Assembly: GCF_011386835.1 (NCBI RefSeq)
Contig: NC_088796.1
Location: 60,698,001 to 60,762,000 of the forward strand
DNA: 64,000 nucleotides
Reading direction: 5' to 3'
From: Chrysemys picta bellii
Taxonomy: Eukaryota
Shown: positions 26,501 to 38,500 of the stretch, in pieces
How the letters are laid out: the number at the start of each line of letters is the position of its first letter
How positions within the stretch are numbered: the stretch's first letter is position 1
Made by a program: the position numbers and the translations under genes
Notes under the pieces: model-generated
Told to the model about the DNA's origin: nothing
The model's database searches: none
What the model saw: only the letters and a program-made list of their open reading frames with translations

Positions 26501-29500
26501 ACTTCTACAGGAACAGCAGGAAAAGTCAGGGTTAATGGGGAAGAGTGCTGCTTTCCCTCCTGCTAAAAGCAGAGGAGGACTCTCCTTGGCTAGGGTAAGC
26601 TAGGGTTACCATATTTTGAATGTCCAAAAAGAGGACACTCCAGCCAGCCCCGCCCACGCCCCAACTCCACCCCTTCCCCAAAGTCCCTTTCCCCCCCCCC
26701 CCCCCCCCCGCTTCCCACGAACATTTGATTTGTGGGAAGCCTGAAGCAGGTAAGCTATAGGGGGAGGAGGCGTGGCCCAGTCTGGCCCCCCCAACCGAGC
26801 GGCTCCCTCCGGTGGCCGGCCCCGGCCCCAGAGTCTCCAGCCTGGCTCGGCTCGGGCCCTGGGGTGCTGGCCCCGGGCCAGTCCCTGGCCGAGCACCCCC
26901 AGGCTAGCACCCCCGGCCCAGCGGCCCCCGGCCCAGCAGCCCCAGCCCAGCACCCAGCGGCGCCGGCCCCTCCCTATTTTCCCAGACACGTTCGGCTTTT
27001 TGGGATTTCCCCCCGGATGGGGATTTGAGGCCCAAAAAGCCGGACATGTCCGGGAAAATCCGGACGTATGGTAACCCTAGGTAAGCAGTGCTCTTACATA
27101 TCCCCAACTCCTTCCTTGGCTGGTGCAGTGAAAGCTCCCACTTCTGTTTGTCTATTTTAACCACTATATTGGAGAAACTCCTGTGGCTCGCATTTTGTTA
27201 AGAAAAGAAACTTAACTGGAGAAGCTAAAGTTTTCTGTAGGTAAAACCTACGTGTATAAGCAAAGGACAGCACTTTCTGGAAGAAAAAAACCTTTCAAAC
27301 GTTAATGGAAACATTAAACAGAAAGGGAATTTTAACTTATGCAGCTGGCACTTGTTTAGTAACTACCTATACGCTGCAGTAAAAAATCTGCTGCACCGAG
27401 TCTCAGGCTCCGGCTGTGGGGCTAAAATTGTAGTGCAGTGTAGATATTCAGGTTGCAAGGAGAGGGGAGGGAGGGTTTCAGAGCTCAGGCTGGAGCCCAA
27501 CCTCAAACGTTTACACTGCATTTTTCAGCCCAAGCCCCACGAGCCCAAGTCAGCCGACCCAGGCCAGCCACATTTGGGCTGCAGGTTTTTTATTACTGTG
27601 TAGTCGTACCATTGGCAGAATGAGGTAGCATGTGTTTGTTAAGATGATCCATTTTAAAACTGTTTCTAGTGTAGATGTTTTCCTAAATTAGAATTGGTTT
27701 GCTTGTAGCAGAAGAATGCCAAATAAATCTCTACTCCACTTGCCTACTCCAAGTGATCTTTTTCCTTTATTCTGAACATCCAATAATTTTCTAACTGTTG
27801 TCACTACATTGCAATTAATTTTATTTATGGTATTTCAAAGACAGAGTAGACTTTGTGTTTGTTTATTATACCTTGTTTTAAATGAAGATTTTTTGTGACA
27901 CATATTTTCTTGAATACATTTACATTTTGCTAGGGTGGGAAAGAGCAAGACAATGCCCTAGACCTCCTGGCTGGTTCACTGGGACAAAGAGAACCTGATC
28001 CTGATAAAAACAAACCAGTTGTGGATAAAGTAAAGGTATTGAAATATTCTCAACTTGTACCACCAAAAAGAAATGGAACATCTGCCTTGTCTATTTTTAA
28101 TGTATTTATTTTACATAGAAGAGAATATGGTACATCATTTTCAAGTACAAGAATAATTTTAGTGAAGATAAAGTATGCATGTATGCTATTCTTAATTTAT
28201 GCATGTTTTATTCAAGAAGTTACATGCTTAATTAACCAATTAATTTCATATTGTAAATCTAAAAGATTTAAACACCAGGGTAGTCATGTTCAGATTTTTT
28301 TTTTTAAGTTTTGTGACGGATCCATAATTGCTTGATGCCATCCCAGACAATTGAAAACAATTAGGAGCTGAAGTATGTTGTAGAAGAAAATCAAAAGTAT
28401 TTAATCCAGGCCCTATGCAATTATTTCTGTGATTAAATTTCAGATTCTTCTCTAATCTTCATTTCTAAAGTGACTTTGATCGCCTGTTGTTAAATTGAGT
28501 TTTATCACATAGCAGAGTAAACTAATAGACTGTTAATGATATTCTTGAAATGAAAAATTCATGTTCTACTGGGGTTTCTTTTCAGATGTGTGTGCTCAAG
28601 CCTACCCCCACATACACTTGTCAAGACTTTACATTGTACCAACTCTTTAGGTATAGAGTGTTATATTCTTCAATGCTCTTCCTGCCATTTTTTTGGTTGG
28701 CTAAAGGTTATTAGTAGAAAATAATGCAAAACTCTGCCCCCAACTGCAGGGATGAAAGGCCCAATCCTGAACCACTGAAGTCAATGAGAGATTTGCCATT
28801 GTCTTCACTGGGGAAGGAATAGGCCCATGGCACAGTTTTTTTTATTTTCTGTGTACAACGTTTATAATCTTTAGCAGCCTAAGAAGTTGCCAAACTGGCT
28901 TTGTCTATATGTTTGCACACTCTACAGCAGGGGGGCGCAGAGGAACACTCAGGTGGGTGAGTGGTGACATCAGATGGCTCGGGGTTCAGCTCAGCGGGAT
29001 TCAGGGAGGGAGTGCCACTTCCACCCCCTAACTCACCTCTTTTTGTCTGGGTTGGGGTGGCGCAACTCAAAGTGGGGGCTCAGCTCAAAAAGTTTGAAAA
29101 CTGCTGCTCTGCACCTATCAGCCCACACAGCCAGATTTTTCAGGATGTTTCAGTTCCTGATATTTTTGGCCAAATAGGTTGTATGACAACCAGTTCCTCT
29201 CTGGTATCTTCAGTTCTGTTCTCTACCTCCTGTAGCTTTTAATTCCGAATGTTAACATTTTGAAGGAGCCCTGGTTTAAATCCTTAGCTTTTCCTCTTAG
29301 CAGCTCAAAACAATGAGTGTTTTTGACACATTAGATAAGTCCAAATTATACACTCACTGGAAAGCCATTGACACCAGTAAGATTGTACAGGTTAAAAATA
29401 AGTGCAGAATTTGGTCCCTAATTTTTAAATCATTTTTTAAAGTAAGTATTGTATGCAGTGATATTAAATATCCTGCAATAAATTGCCCCAAAGGGTGTCC

Positions 29501-32500
29501 AACAAATTAAGAATTGATGTAATAGATTAATTATATTGTTAATGTTGGTAAGTGATAGCATGAGCCCTGGGTGGAGAGAGTTTGCATGTGTTAATCATCA
29601 AGTCCAAAACTTGGTATCTCTGCATCACAGTACAGTACACGTATGTTAACTGCTATACCTTTTTTTTTAACACAGAAAATGTTTATAACAAATTAGGATG
29701 CTTTGTTTTCCAGTAAAAAAGAGAATTCTCTAAATTCTTCTTCAAGTGCTTGCTCATGTCCATTCAACTTAGGTGTGTGTGCTCGCCACGTGCACTGGTG
29801 CTGGAAGCGTTTTCCCTCAGCAGTATCCGTAGGGGATCAGCTCTGGCGCCCCCTGGAGTGGTGCACACATGCTGCAGTATATAGGGCACCGCCAGTTCCC
29901 CCCCACCCTCAGTTCCTTCTTGCTGCCAGTGACAGTGCTGGAACTGTTGCTGCTTCAGCTAGTGCTGTTGCTGCTCATTTGTACGAACTAGTTATCTCTT
30001 GTATTATAGTGTATATAGTTTTCTGTTAATGTTTATAAATCCCTTAGCTATAGTTAGAGATTTCATAGCTCCCGAAAGGGACTTTGCTTTGGGACGGGGC
30101 ATGCCCCGGTCCCCAGGCTTTAAGCCCTGTGGTTGCTGCAAGAGGCCCATGCCCATTAGTGATCCACACAGCAGTTGTCTGTGTTGCATGGGTGAAGGGC
30201 ACTTCTCTTAGTGAGAAGTGCAAAATTTGCAAGTCCTTCAAGCCAAGGACTAAGAAGGAGTGTGATATTCATTTAAGAGCGCTCCTTATGGAGTCGGCCC
30301 TCACCCCAGTCCTAGAGCAACACTCTAACTCAGCGCTGAGTACTGTGACCTTGGTACGCAGCGCCCCACTGGGACCGCCCACTGGCTGGCACTGGTCCCC
30401 ATCCGTGGCTCTGACCAAGAAGCCCAAAAGGCGGGGCGAGGCTGGTCTCCAACCTCCCACAAGGGAAAGGATAAGACTGGGTGTGGGCAAGATCCCTCTT
30501 CACCCACGTCCCTCCACCCACGTCAGGATCTCGGGCCCATGTTCCAGTGGAGTGATGTAGACCAACCCGCTCCCCTCCAGCCACCCCGGATAGCGGAGGG
30601 GCCTCCATCAGCTCTGGGTGCCGTCCACGCTGGAGGCCCTGCAGGCCGCGCAGGGGATCATGTCCCCCCCCCCCCCCGCTGCCACCTACACCGGCTCCTG
30701 CAGTTCCCTGGTCACGGGATAAACCTGCGTTCGGACTGATTCGGTTCCCACCTCAGCGGCACCGTTCCCCGTTGCAGGGGACGTCCCGCCAGCACTCGCC
30801 CTCCCATAGCTGCCACACATCTGACATGATAGGCAGATGCAACGCAGCCCCATTCGGTCCCTGGACCTTGGGCAGAGCGGCTCGAGGCGCAGCTCGACGG
30901 CCACCGGGCACAGACCTTTGGAGGCATGCACCCCCGGCAAGAGTACCGGTCCTGGTACCTGTATCTCCAAGACCGTGGTACCACTCCAGGGACCCGTCAA
31001 GGGATTGATGATACCATTCCTAGGATCATCGCCAATCCCCTAGTCATCACCGCTTGCGGGCACTTCCCGGCACCAGGCCCATTCTGACTCCCAGTCCTCA
31101 TCCTGGTACCACTCATCAAGCGCGAGACGTAGATCGCCAGCTCCAAGCTGTCATGGATCCGTTGAGCGCCACGGGTCCTTAAGACCCCATTCTAGATTGG
31201 ACTCCAGGCGGAGTGACCGGCACCCGTCGGGACAGAGCCACCATTTCACACCGTCCTGGTCACCTAGGAGCAACCGCTCAGAATCCAGCTCTGGTTTGGA
31301 GCGAGGTTCCCTGACAGCAGGACGAGCTCCGATACCGGCTATCCTGTCGGAACCGAAACTGGCCCCATGGCTTCAGGCACAGTGGCCAGTGCCGTGGTAC
31401 CCATGGATCCCGTGGGGTTTCACCCAGCCCTCCCAGGCTGCCTGGAGAGTCGGAGAGACCACCTGCTTCTCTCTCTCACCCTCCTCCGGTGCGCAGAGCC
31501 TCGGGTGCGAGGACCCCACAGGTCAAAGAGGGAACAGGGGAACAAGCTACTGGACCACCAATGGTTGTGGAGGACCCTACAGCACCAGCATCTTCTTCGT
31601 CGTCACCAGACGAGTCATTAACAGGGTCCCCTCTCCCCGGTTCCTCTGGAGGTTGCTAAAGCACACCAGGAACTACTGAAGAGGGTTGCTGCCAACCTTG
31701 GTCTTTAGGCGAAGGAGCTAGAGGAGCCTTCGGACTCTTTTCAATGTCCTCTGCTCCACAGCACCAGCCAGGGCGCTGCCCCTTCATGATGGGGTCTCTA
31801 AGATCACTAATGCCCTGTGGCAAACTCCCTACTCCCTGCCACCCATCTCCAAGAGGGCTGAGCGCAAGTACTTCGTGCCATCCAAAGGCCATGACTACCT
31901 GTACACCCACCCTGCTCCCAACTCCCTAGTGGTAAAAGCGGTTAATCACAGGGAGCGACAAAGTCAACCTGGGGCTATCCCTAAGAACAATTACTCCAAG
32001 AGACTAGACTTGTTTGGGCGTAGGGTTTATTCGTCCTCTAGTCTCCAGTTGAGGGTGGCCAACCATCAGGCCCTCCTGGGACGCTATTATTTTAACATGT
32101 GGCAAGCCATGGCCAAGTTTGAGGGCTCTCTTTCTGAGGCTTCTAAGAAGGAGTTCTGGGCTATTATGGAGGAGGGCACATCTGTGGCCAGGACGACGCT
32201 CCAGGCGGCGTCGGATGTGGTGGATGCTGCCTCCCGAACCATAGCCTCAGCCATCGCCACGCGCCAGACATCCTGGTTGCTCCTCTTTGCTTTGTCCATG
32301 GAGGCTCAGCAGTCAATGCTAGACCTTCCCTTTGATGTGCAAGCCCTATTTGCGGAACAGACGGACAATAAGATTTATGGCCTAAAGGACTCCCACACGA
32401 CCCTTAAAACGCTGGGCCTGTATGTTCCTGGCCCTGCCCGCAAGCGGTTTAAGCCGCAGCAGGCTCAGGGTCAGGGGAGCCACCCTCACCAGGAGCCTCC

Positions 32501-35500
32501 CCATAAGAAATCCAGAGGCTACAAGCGGCGTCCTAGCCAACAGCCTTCGCAAGCCCCTCAGTCGAGCTCGACCCACAATAAGCAGACAGGCAAGCGCTCG
32601 TTTTGAGGGTAAGCCCGAGGGTGACCTACCGGACTGTTCCCAGGATCCTTCCTCCCTTATTTTTGCCAACCGCCTTTCTCCTTTCCTTCCTGCATGGGCA
32701 TCTAGAACATCAGACCTATGGGTCCTCAATACGGTGGCCCGGGGTTACACCCTTCAGTTACACCCTCCTTACCACCCAACCTCCCCGTCCCTCTTCAGGG
32801 ATCCCTCTCACGAGAGTCTCCTCACGCAGGTGGTAGAGGGGTTACTGCAGCTAGGTGCGGTGGAGGTTGTTCCTTCAGAGCACAGGAACAAGGGGTTCTA
32901 TTCCTGCTACTTTTTAATCCCAAAGGCCAAGGGCGGTTTGTGACCTATCTTGGACCTGCGAGACTTGAACTGCTTCCTAGCGAAGCTGAAGTTCTGCATG
33001 GTCTATCTGGCCTCCATCATCCCCTCCCTGGATCCGGGAGACTTGTATGCCGCCCTCTATCTGAAAGATGTGTACTTTCACATCACCATCTTCTAGGACA
33101 CAGATGCTTACTCCAGTTTATGGTAGGTCCCAACCACTATCAGTTTGCGGTCCTCCCGTTTGGCCTAGTGACTGCACCGCAGGTATTTACCAAGTGCATG
33201 TCAGTGGTGGCTGCCTACCTCAGACATCGGGGTATCCAGATCTACCCATACCTCGACGTCTGGCTAGTCAAGGGCAGCTCCAGGTCCAAAGGCATGTCAC
33301 AATGCTGTTAGTCATCTGCTGTCACCTTGGCCTGTTGGTGAACAACAAAAAATCCATGTTAGTTCTGGTACAGAGGATAGAGTTCATTGGAGCGGTGCTT
33401 GACTCGACCTGCACCAGGGCGTTCCTGCCGCTGGAGAGATTCAGGGCACTGACGGACCTCATCGTGGAAGTCTCCACGTTTCCCCTGACCCATGGCTAGG
33501 GTTTCCCTGCACCTATAGGTCACATGGCAACATGTACATATGTGGTGCACCATGCCAGGCTCCAGATGCGACCCCTGCAGCTATGGCTGGTGACGGTCTA
33601 TTCCCAGTCCAGGGACCACCTGGAAAAGGTCGTTACCATCCCAGGGAAAATACAGTACTTACCTCGCTGCAATGGTGGACTGACCCCGGGAAAGTCCTGG
33701 AAGAAGTTCCCTTCATCAGTACTCCTCACTCAGTCGAGTTGGTTTTGGACGCCTCGGACCTCGGCTGGGGAAGGGCGCACCTCGGCACCCTCCAGATCCA
33801 AGATACGTGGTCCCCAGAGGAGTTGACACTAAAGATAAACGTCAAAGAGCTCAGGGCAGTGCACAGAGCATGCACAGTCTTCCTTCCTTACCTGTCAGGC
33901 AGAGTGGTCAGAGTCCTGACGGACAACACAGCCTCAATGTTCTACATCAGCAGACAAGCGGGAGTGCGATCCTCAGCCCTTTGCCAAGAGGCACTCCATC
34001 TCTGAGACTTCTGCCGCGACCACGGAATCCATCTAGAAGCGTCGCCTTCTGGGTTCCAAGAACATCCTAATGAGGTGATCTGCTAGCAACTTCTCCTCTT
34101 ACCACAAGTGGGGGTTCCACCCGGAGGTAGCCAGCACGATCTTCCAGAGGTGAGGAACTCCCCCAGTGAATTTGTTTGCCACCAGGCAGAACAGAAGGTA
34201 CCACAGGTTTTGCTCCAGATGGGGTCTGGGCAAGGGCTTCCTCTTAGATGCCTTCCTCCTGCCATGGGCAGGAAACCTGATGTATGCGTTCCCGCCGATT
34301 CTGCTCATCAGCAAGGTCCTAGCAAAAGTCAAGATCGCCCCAGCGTGGCCTCGCCAGCACTGGTTCGGGACGCTATCAAGCTTTTCAGCGATCCTTCCCT
34401 GGCCTCTGCTGAATCAACCAGATCTGCTGTCACAAGATCACGGTCGACTCTTGCACCCCGACCTCGTGTCCCTCCACCTCATGGTGTGGCTGAACACTGA
34501 GGAATGGGCCTGTTCGGAAGGGGTCCAGAAGGTCCTCCTCGAGAGTAGAAAGTCCTCAACTAGGCAGACCTACCTGGCAAAGTGGATGAGGTTCTCCCAC
34601 TGGGTGGCCAAACGGGGCAGCTCCCCTATGCATTCTTCAGTGCAGTCGATCTTAGACTACCTGCTTCATTTAAGAAGCCAGGGCCTAGAGCACTCCTCTA
34701 TCAGGATGCTTCTAGTGGCCATTTCAGCCTTTCATCTGCCAATCCAGGGACAGACTGTGTTCTCCCATGACAGGATGGTCAGGTTCCTTAGAGGCCTCGA
34801 GAGGCTTTTTCCTCAGGTCCAGTCCCCGGCCCCTCAGTGGGATCGCAACTTGGTTCTGTCCAGGCTCATGGGCCTGCCCTCTGAGCCTTTGGCTTTGGGC
34901 TCCCTGTCTTACCTATCAAGGAAGGTAGCTTTCCTGGTGGCGGTGATGTCGGCGAGGCGAGTCTCCGAGCTGTGAGCCCTGACCTCAGAACTGCTGTACA
35001 TGATCTTCTATAAGGACAAGGTCCAGCTCCGGCCCCACACGGCTTTCCTTTCCATTGTGGTATCCGCTTTCCACATGAGCCAGGACATCTTTCTTCCAGT
35101 CGTCTTCCCTAAGCCCCAGGAGACTAGTAAAGAGAGGCGCCTTCACACTTTCGACGTAAGAAGGGCTCTGGCTTTCTACCTAAATTGGACAAAACCTTTC
35201 CGTAAGTCGACTCAGCTTTTCTACAGCTGATAGGATGAAGGGCCTCCCAGTGTCCTTGCAGAGGATTTCTAACTGGATCACTTCTTGCATTCAGACCTAC
35301 TATGAGTTAGTGGGAGTCCTTCCACTGCTGATCGTCAGAGCCCGCTCAACCAGTGCACAGGCATCTTTGACGGCCTTCCTGGCACACTTCCCGATCCAGG
35401 ACATCTCTCGAGCCGTGACATGGTCCTCGGTGCACACGTTCACAGCCCACTACACCATCACCCAGCAGGCCAGGGACAATGCTGGGTTCGGCGGAGCTGT

Positions 35501-38500
35501 GTTGCAATCTACACATCCGTGAACTCCTACCTGCCTCTGAGGGGTACTGCTTGGGAGTCACCTAAGTTGAATGGACATGAGCAAGCACTCGAAGAAGAAA
35601 ATACAGTTACCCTTTCCATCACTGGTGTTCTTCGAGATGTGTTGCTCATGTCCATTCCTCAACCCGCCCTCCTTCCCCACTGTTGGAGTTTCCGGCAAGA
35701 AGGAACTGAGGGTGCAGGGAACCAGCAGCGTCCCTTATACCGCAGCATGTGCGCACCACTCCAGGGGGTGTCGGAGCCGGTCCCCTACGGATACTGCTGA
35801 GGGAAAACCTTCTGGCACCGGTGCATGTGGCGAGCACACACACACACCTAAGTTGAATGGACATGAGCAACACCTCTTGAAGAACACCAGTTATGGAAAA
35901 AGGTAACTGTCTTTTTTTTACTGTAAATGGCTAGTTATTTTTTAATGTGCTGAAGAATATACATATATCTAATCAAATACCACATAAAACAGCCTAAACA
36001 AAAACATACAGATTTGATTGCAGAATGAATGCTTCCCTCTTTCATATTGTATTCAGGAAATTGTGATCTTAATCATCTTAATCTTAATCATATTTATGTT
36101 TAAAACCATCTCTGGCAGCAGCTAATTCTGACTGTTTCCTAACTAATAAGCGAGACAGACTACTGACCTTTGTGATATTTGGCTGGCAAGAACCTTGCAT
36201 TTTTATACATTCTGAGCATGGCTGGGGAGCTGCAACACAAAGCAATGCCATTATAAGAGTGTTAACCTTGTGTTTGAACTAGTGCAGTAGGTGGATGAGT
36301 TCTAATGTGGTGGCATAATGTGCTGAACACTTAATAAGCAGTTGAGTTGTTATCTAGCTGAGAAGCAGAACTGAAAATGTATTTGAAGAAAATAGTATCT
36401 GTTGTCATTTTTGGAATTTTTAACCATATTAAAATTGTATATCTGTTGAGAGGCAAGAATTTTTCAAGCTTTATACCCAAAATGCAAGGTTCATGGTTAA
36501 ACAAATGTGTACACATTTCCACTGATCCTGAACTCTAGCATATAAAAATGTTGTTGTTCTCCTACAACATTTATCTAAAAAGGTACTTTTAGAAGACCTA
36601 CCACTCAAAAAATTCTCTGTTTAATAAAGTCATCCTAGCATATCTATTAGTTTGGGTCACCTATTGTATGATACGCAATTACAGAAGCAGTAAATTACAG
36701 ATTCTCTTACTAGACCCCATCGTTCTAATGGAGGAGATCAGTAATAGTGTTGTTTATTTCATATTCTTAGGAAGGTGCTAAATCTGAACACAAAGACAAA
36801 CTTGGGGACAGAGATGATACAATCCCTCCTGATTACAGGCATATTCTGGATTCAGATGAGCAGGTAAACAGAACCAAATACCTCAGTGGCTGCATTATAA
36901 ATTTAGATTCAGTCATCTTAACACTGCAGCAAGTCAGTTTTCCCATCAGTAGAGTTGTGTGAGCAACCATTGGAGTTACATAAGTGACTCATATCTATTG
37001 GAGTTACCTATATAAATCCCCACACTGAAGATGGGAGAATAAATCCCCAAACCATTATGTGTTTGATGCAAAAAAAAAATGGACTGTTCCTTTTACATTG
37101 ATCAAAGTCAGAATGGTTAAGCCACTTCAAACAGCCATCAGCGATCAATGTAGCCAGGAAGTACTGGGATCCATGTGGCTGAAAATCAGGCCCAAGGTGT
37201 TTCAAGTTGAGCACCCAAAAACAAGGCGCACAATACTAGTGGCCACTCTTGAAAACTTAGGCCTTAAAATCACCGTGACTATTATTCCCTTCTCATCTTA
37301 GTAAAGCATTGTAAGATCTGTGGATGAAAAACATTACATAAGTACTATTGTTTTTGTGGAACCTGGCAGAATAAAGTCTTGTGAAGCTGTCACTCATTTT
37401 ACTGAATCACTGCCATGCCAAGGGAGCGAATGATCTTGCTTAACAAATGGGAGCCAGACAAAGTGTGTCCCAGCTAGCATGACCAGTCCCAATTTTATCG
37501 GGACTGTCCCGATACTTACTTATTTGTCCCGCGTCCCGACTGATATTCGGTCGGGATGCGAATTGTCCCGATATTTTGCCCTCCAGCGCACAGGCGGAGG
37601 GGGCTCGTGCCCCGCCCCCCACCCCACCCCACCCCAACTCTGCCCGGGCCCTGTCCTGACTCCGCCCCTTCCCTCCCCCATTGGATCCCTCCCCAAATCC
37701 TCACCCTGGCCCCAGCCCCGCCCCCTCACTGCCCCATTGGATCCCTCCCCAAATCCCTGCCCTGGCCCTGCCTCTTCCCCAAGCATTCCTCCTCCTCCTC
37801 CTCCCCCCTTCCTCCCAGGCTTGCGCTAATCAGCTGTATGGCAGCGCAAGCGCTGGAGGGAGGGAGAGAAGCAGGACACGGCAGCCTGCTCAGGGGAGGT
37901 GGAGGCAGAGCGAAGGTGAGCTGGTGCAGTGGGGCGGGGCGTGGAGCTGCCGGTGGCTCAGTCCCCACCAATTTTTCCTATGCTCCAGCAGCTCTTGGGG
38001 TTGTGTTTTTGTTTTTGTTTTTCCCCTCCGCCGCCGGCTCTTGGTTTGTTTGTTTTTTGTTTGCTCCGCCGGCAACCGCCTCCCCCCCGCATCCCAAGAT
38101 TTCACGTCTCTCATCTGGTCACCCTAGTCCCAGCCAATTCTCCTCTACTGGAAGGATAAAGGGTGAGATGCAAGGCCTGCAGGGGGACATTAAAGCAGGG
38201 AAAAAACGTGCGATCACAAGAATCTGATGAAAGAGGCTGTGTAGGTATAATAAATGGATTGTGAAGTGGATAGGACAGTAAAGCATCATAAATAAAGTTA
38301 CTGTGAATAATAACTAGTAGTGTCAAGTGAAGAATGTAAGAGCCTATTTTACTTTCAGTTTGATTCATCAGCTCAAACTAAGGGTTATGTAATAAATGTA
38401 ACCATTTCATCCTATCTGTTTTTTAAGGGTAAACCAGTAAAGCCAACAGCAAAAGAGGATGTGAAACCCAAAGAACCAAAGGTAAAAGTCATTACAGTTT

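Larger units (their letters stand above)
29735..35914 (+). mobile_element. Full-length DIRS1-type tyrosine recombinase retrotransposon (decayed)
   Basis: Left ITR about 29735-29925, right ITR about 35692-35914, ICR 35560-35657; overlapping gag, RT-RH-MT and YR frames. Confidence 0.95.

Noticed and set aside
34080-35522. Methyltransferase plus integrase as bacterial or phage contamination, or a defence system
   Set aside because: Both are embedded in a canonical DIRS structure (ITR, ICR, RT) that is continuous with a CAST intron.
37440-38227. Long Pro/Gly-rich ORFs (also at 43-541, 3820-4505, 26606-27164, 63375-63822)
   Set aside because: Stop-poor frames of GC-rich MITE interiors; no coding signature.
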